Below, in pieces: positions 63,701 through 64,000 of a DNA stretch of 64,000 bases. The translations under genes and the position numbers were made by a program. The stretch is from Sulfurospirillum sp. (GTDB lineage: Bacteria; Campylobacterota; Campylobacteria; Campylobacterales; Sulfurospirillaceae): NCBI GenBank assembly GCA_045047115.1, contig JASFYR010000010.1, positions 1 through 64,000 on the forward strand, in the 5' to 3' direction. Under the pieces are notes generated by a model. That model made no database searches, was not told the origin of the DNA, and saw only the letters and a list, made by a program, of their open reading frames with translations. The first letter of the stretch is position 1. Each line of letters begins with the position of its first letter.

Positions 63701-63819
63701 TGGCTGTAGCACTGGGTTTTGGACTTGGCTGGGGAACTATACTAAATCTTATATATGTACCGACTCTCTATGCAGTGCTTCACAGAAAAAGATATAAAAA
63801 GGGGCTGGAAAATTATTAG
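60718..63819 (+). CDS. RND (AcrB/AcrD/AcrF family) efflux permease (start probably ATT 60718; first ATG 60757)
   Basis: E.FP, GVLVDDAIVVAE, RLRPIFLTT.TT; 12-TM RND layout. Confidence 0.92.
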   Translation: MKRLIKFFLDNPKMNYTLFILITFLGIYSYIQTPKEIFPTFDLDKISIKGSYAGTSIDIMDKIAVREIEDRVKGIEGIDDMTSAITPGSFVIVLDLVQGVNKYNIADKVKDAVADAKQNFPNDMNDPKVTVLNTVKSLLTLSMSSNKKSLSQLKDIADDVKTKILGVKDVSDVTIYGNSDMYYNILINEKKLDALNINKSAFLSALANISYIFPVGKIEGEGKHYYISTYNGAKTAKEMSDTPILANGKRVYLGDVATVEKKYENSRTLSTINTKPSLNLAITQVEGGNALVATKNIEKLIKSLQKEYKNITFTINDDSSDRIKDRLNVVISNIFFGIILVTLLLALLINPKMALIVGLGIPTSFIMAAIYFHAFGYTINMISLIGVLLALGVLVDDAIVVAESIQQYLEKGFSPKEAALRGSSDVAKPVIMASITTLFSFIPILMISGTMGEFIKLIPIAVSALLVASLIESFVFLPLHAAHILDNKTKVLSWERPNRIYNYIIHKLMNFRKTFLFAFLVLVPLFTVMGIKSSRFQMFPKFDATTMSISLKADINTPAEDTYKKVNTIADKLYKSRDKFFIKNISTIAGYRRNAAGSSENYPYVASINIELYKLKPKDFVNRYITPNLSLYYDKRGRIRDKTSQEIAKEVKNFLKQKGFKKRLHLQELFISERRAGPVKTDVKIGIISNNTEKTKKAISKIETALSKLKGIKTLTDNAHEGIDEIKIKLNRYGEDLGLSERSLGATLSNYFLEKKISTALDSKNLLDIKVQSVAKDEIQRLKNMKIDLGDGKKIALNEVADFIINRSFERVSKDFGQRTFYIYANVNPKQLTGNEAIEKIQPILNEVEKNGVKIKLLGEKKKNADLKNDMMSATFVAMLLIILSLLYLFNSFRDTFIIASVMPFSFLGVLIGHHIMGLNLSMPSIIGALGLAGVVINDGILMVTYLQKTKTLDQFFTESSKRLRPIFLTTITTLIGLSTLIFFPTGQAVIFQPMAVALGFGLGWGTILNLIYVPTLYAVLHRKRYKKGLENY

Positions 63820-64000
63820 CATAGCTCCTTATAGCAAATTAAACCATAACTAAATACTTTAATTTGGTATTATCTGGTGTAATGCACAATGAATAAAAAT
63901 ATTACGGACATCGTCTTGTGTCCCTCTTTGATAGCATTTGAAGAGATATAATAAAATAAATTAGTTTTTTGTAATAAAGATATAAAACGGGCTTTCATCT

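Noticed and set aside
63820..64000. Possible 3' end of a minus-strand gene at the window edge
   Set aside because: Too short to assign.

Overview
AT-rich chromosomal window from a Campylobacterota (Epsilonproteobacteria) genome, probably a free-living Sulfurospirillum/Sulfurovum/Nitratiruptor-like organism (inferred from gene order and protein types). 0.2-16.9 kb: an 11-gene glycogen/alpha-glucan cluster (CBM48 protein, nucleotidyltransferase-phosphomutase fusion, two GH57, GalT-like, two GlgA, ROK kinase, GlgB, Pgi, GlgP) with no canonical glgC. 17-35 kb and 44-56 kb: core blocks resembling the Campylobacter/Helicobacter order (mfd-bactofilin-M23-folC-lptE-leuS-secFD-yajC/lnt-metK; aat-clpA-clpS-smpB-ispE-csrA-truB-uvrD; pyrB), with accessory genes in between (ICMT-family methyltransferases, moeB-tusA-yaiI, SBP + GGDEF-EAL, DUF2892-Crp, polX, adenine/adenosine deaminase, RND). 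The most interesting signals are non-coding: (1) a dispersed ~70-nt 5'-leader element in four copies with a conserved core and hairpins that keep their pairing while changing sequence, two copies of which are also short ORFs coupled (ATGA overlap) to the next gene; (2) a metK leader with five AUGGAAAA repeats, uORFs and hairpins; (3) a 203-bp MITE-like element; (4) an NtcA-type GTA-N8-TAC promoter next to a Crp protein with a matching recognition helix; (5) probable non-canonical start codons (CTG for mfd, ATT for the RND gene). No rRNA, tRNA, CRISPR array, transposase or prophage gene was seen. All assignments are by eye from motifs and context; no database search was run.
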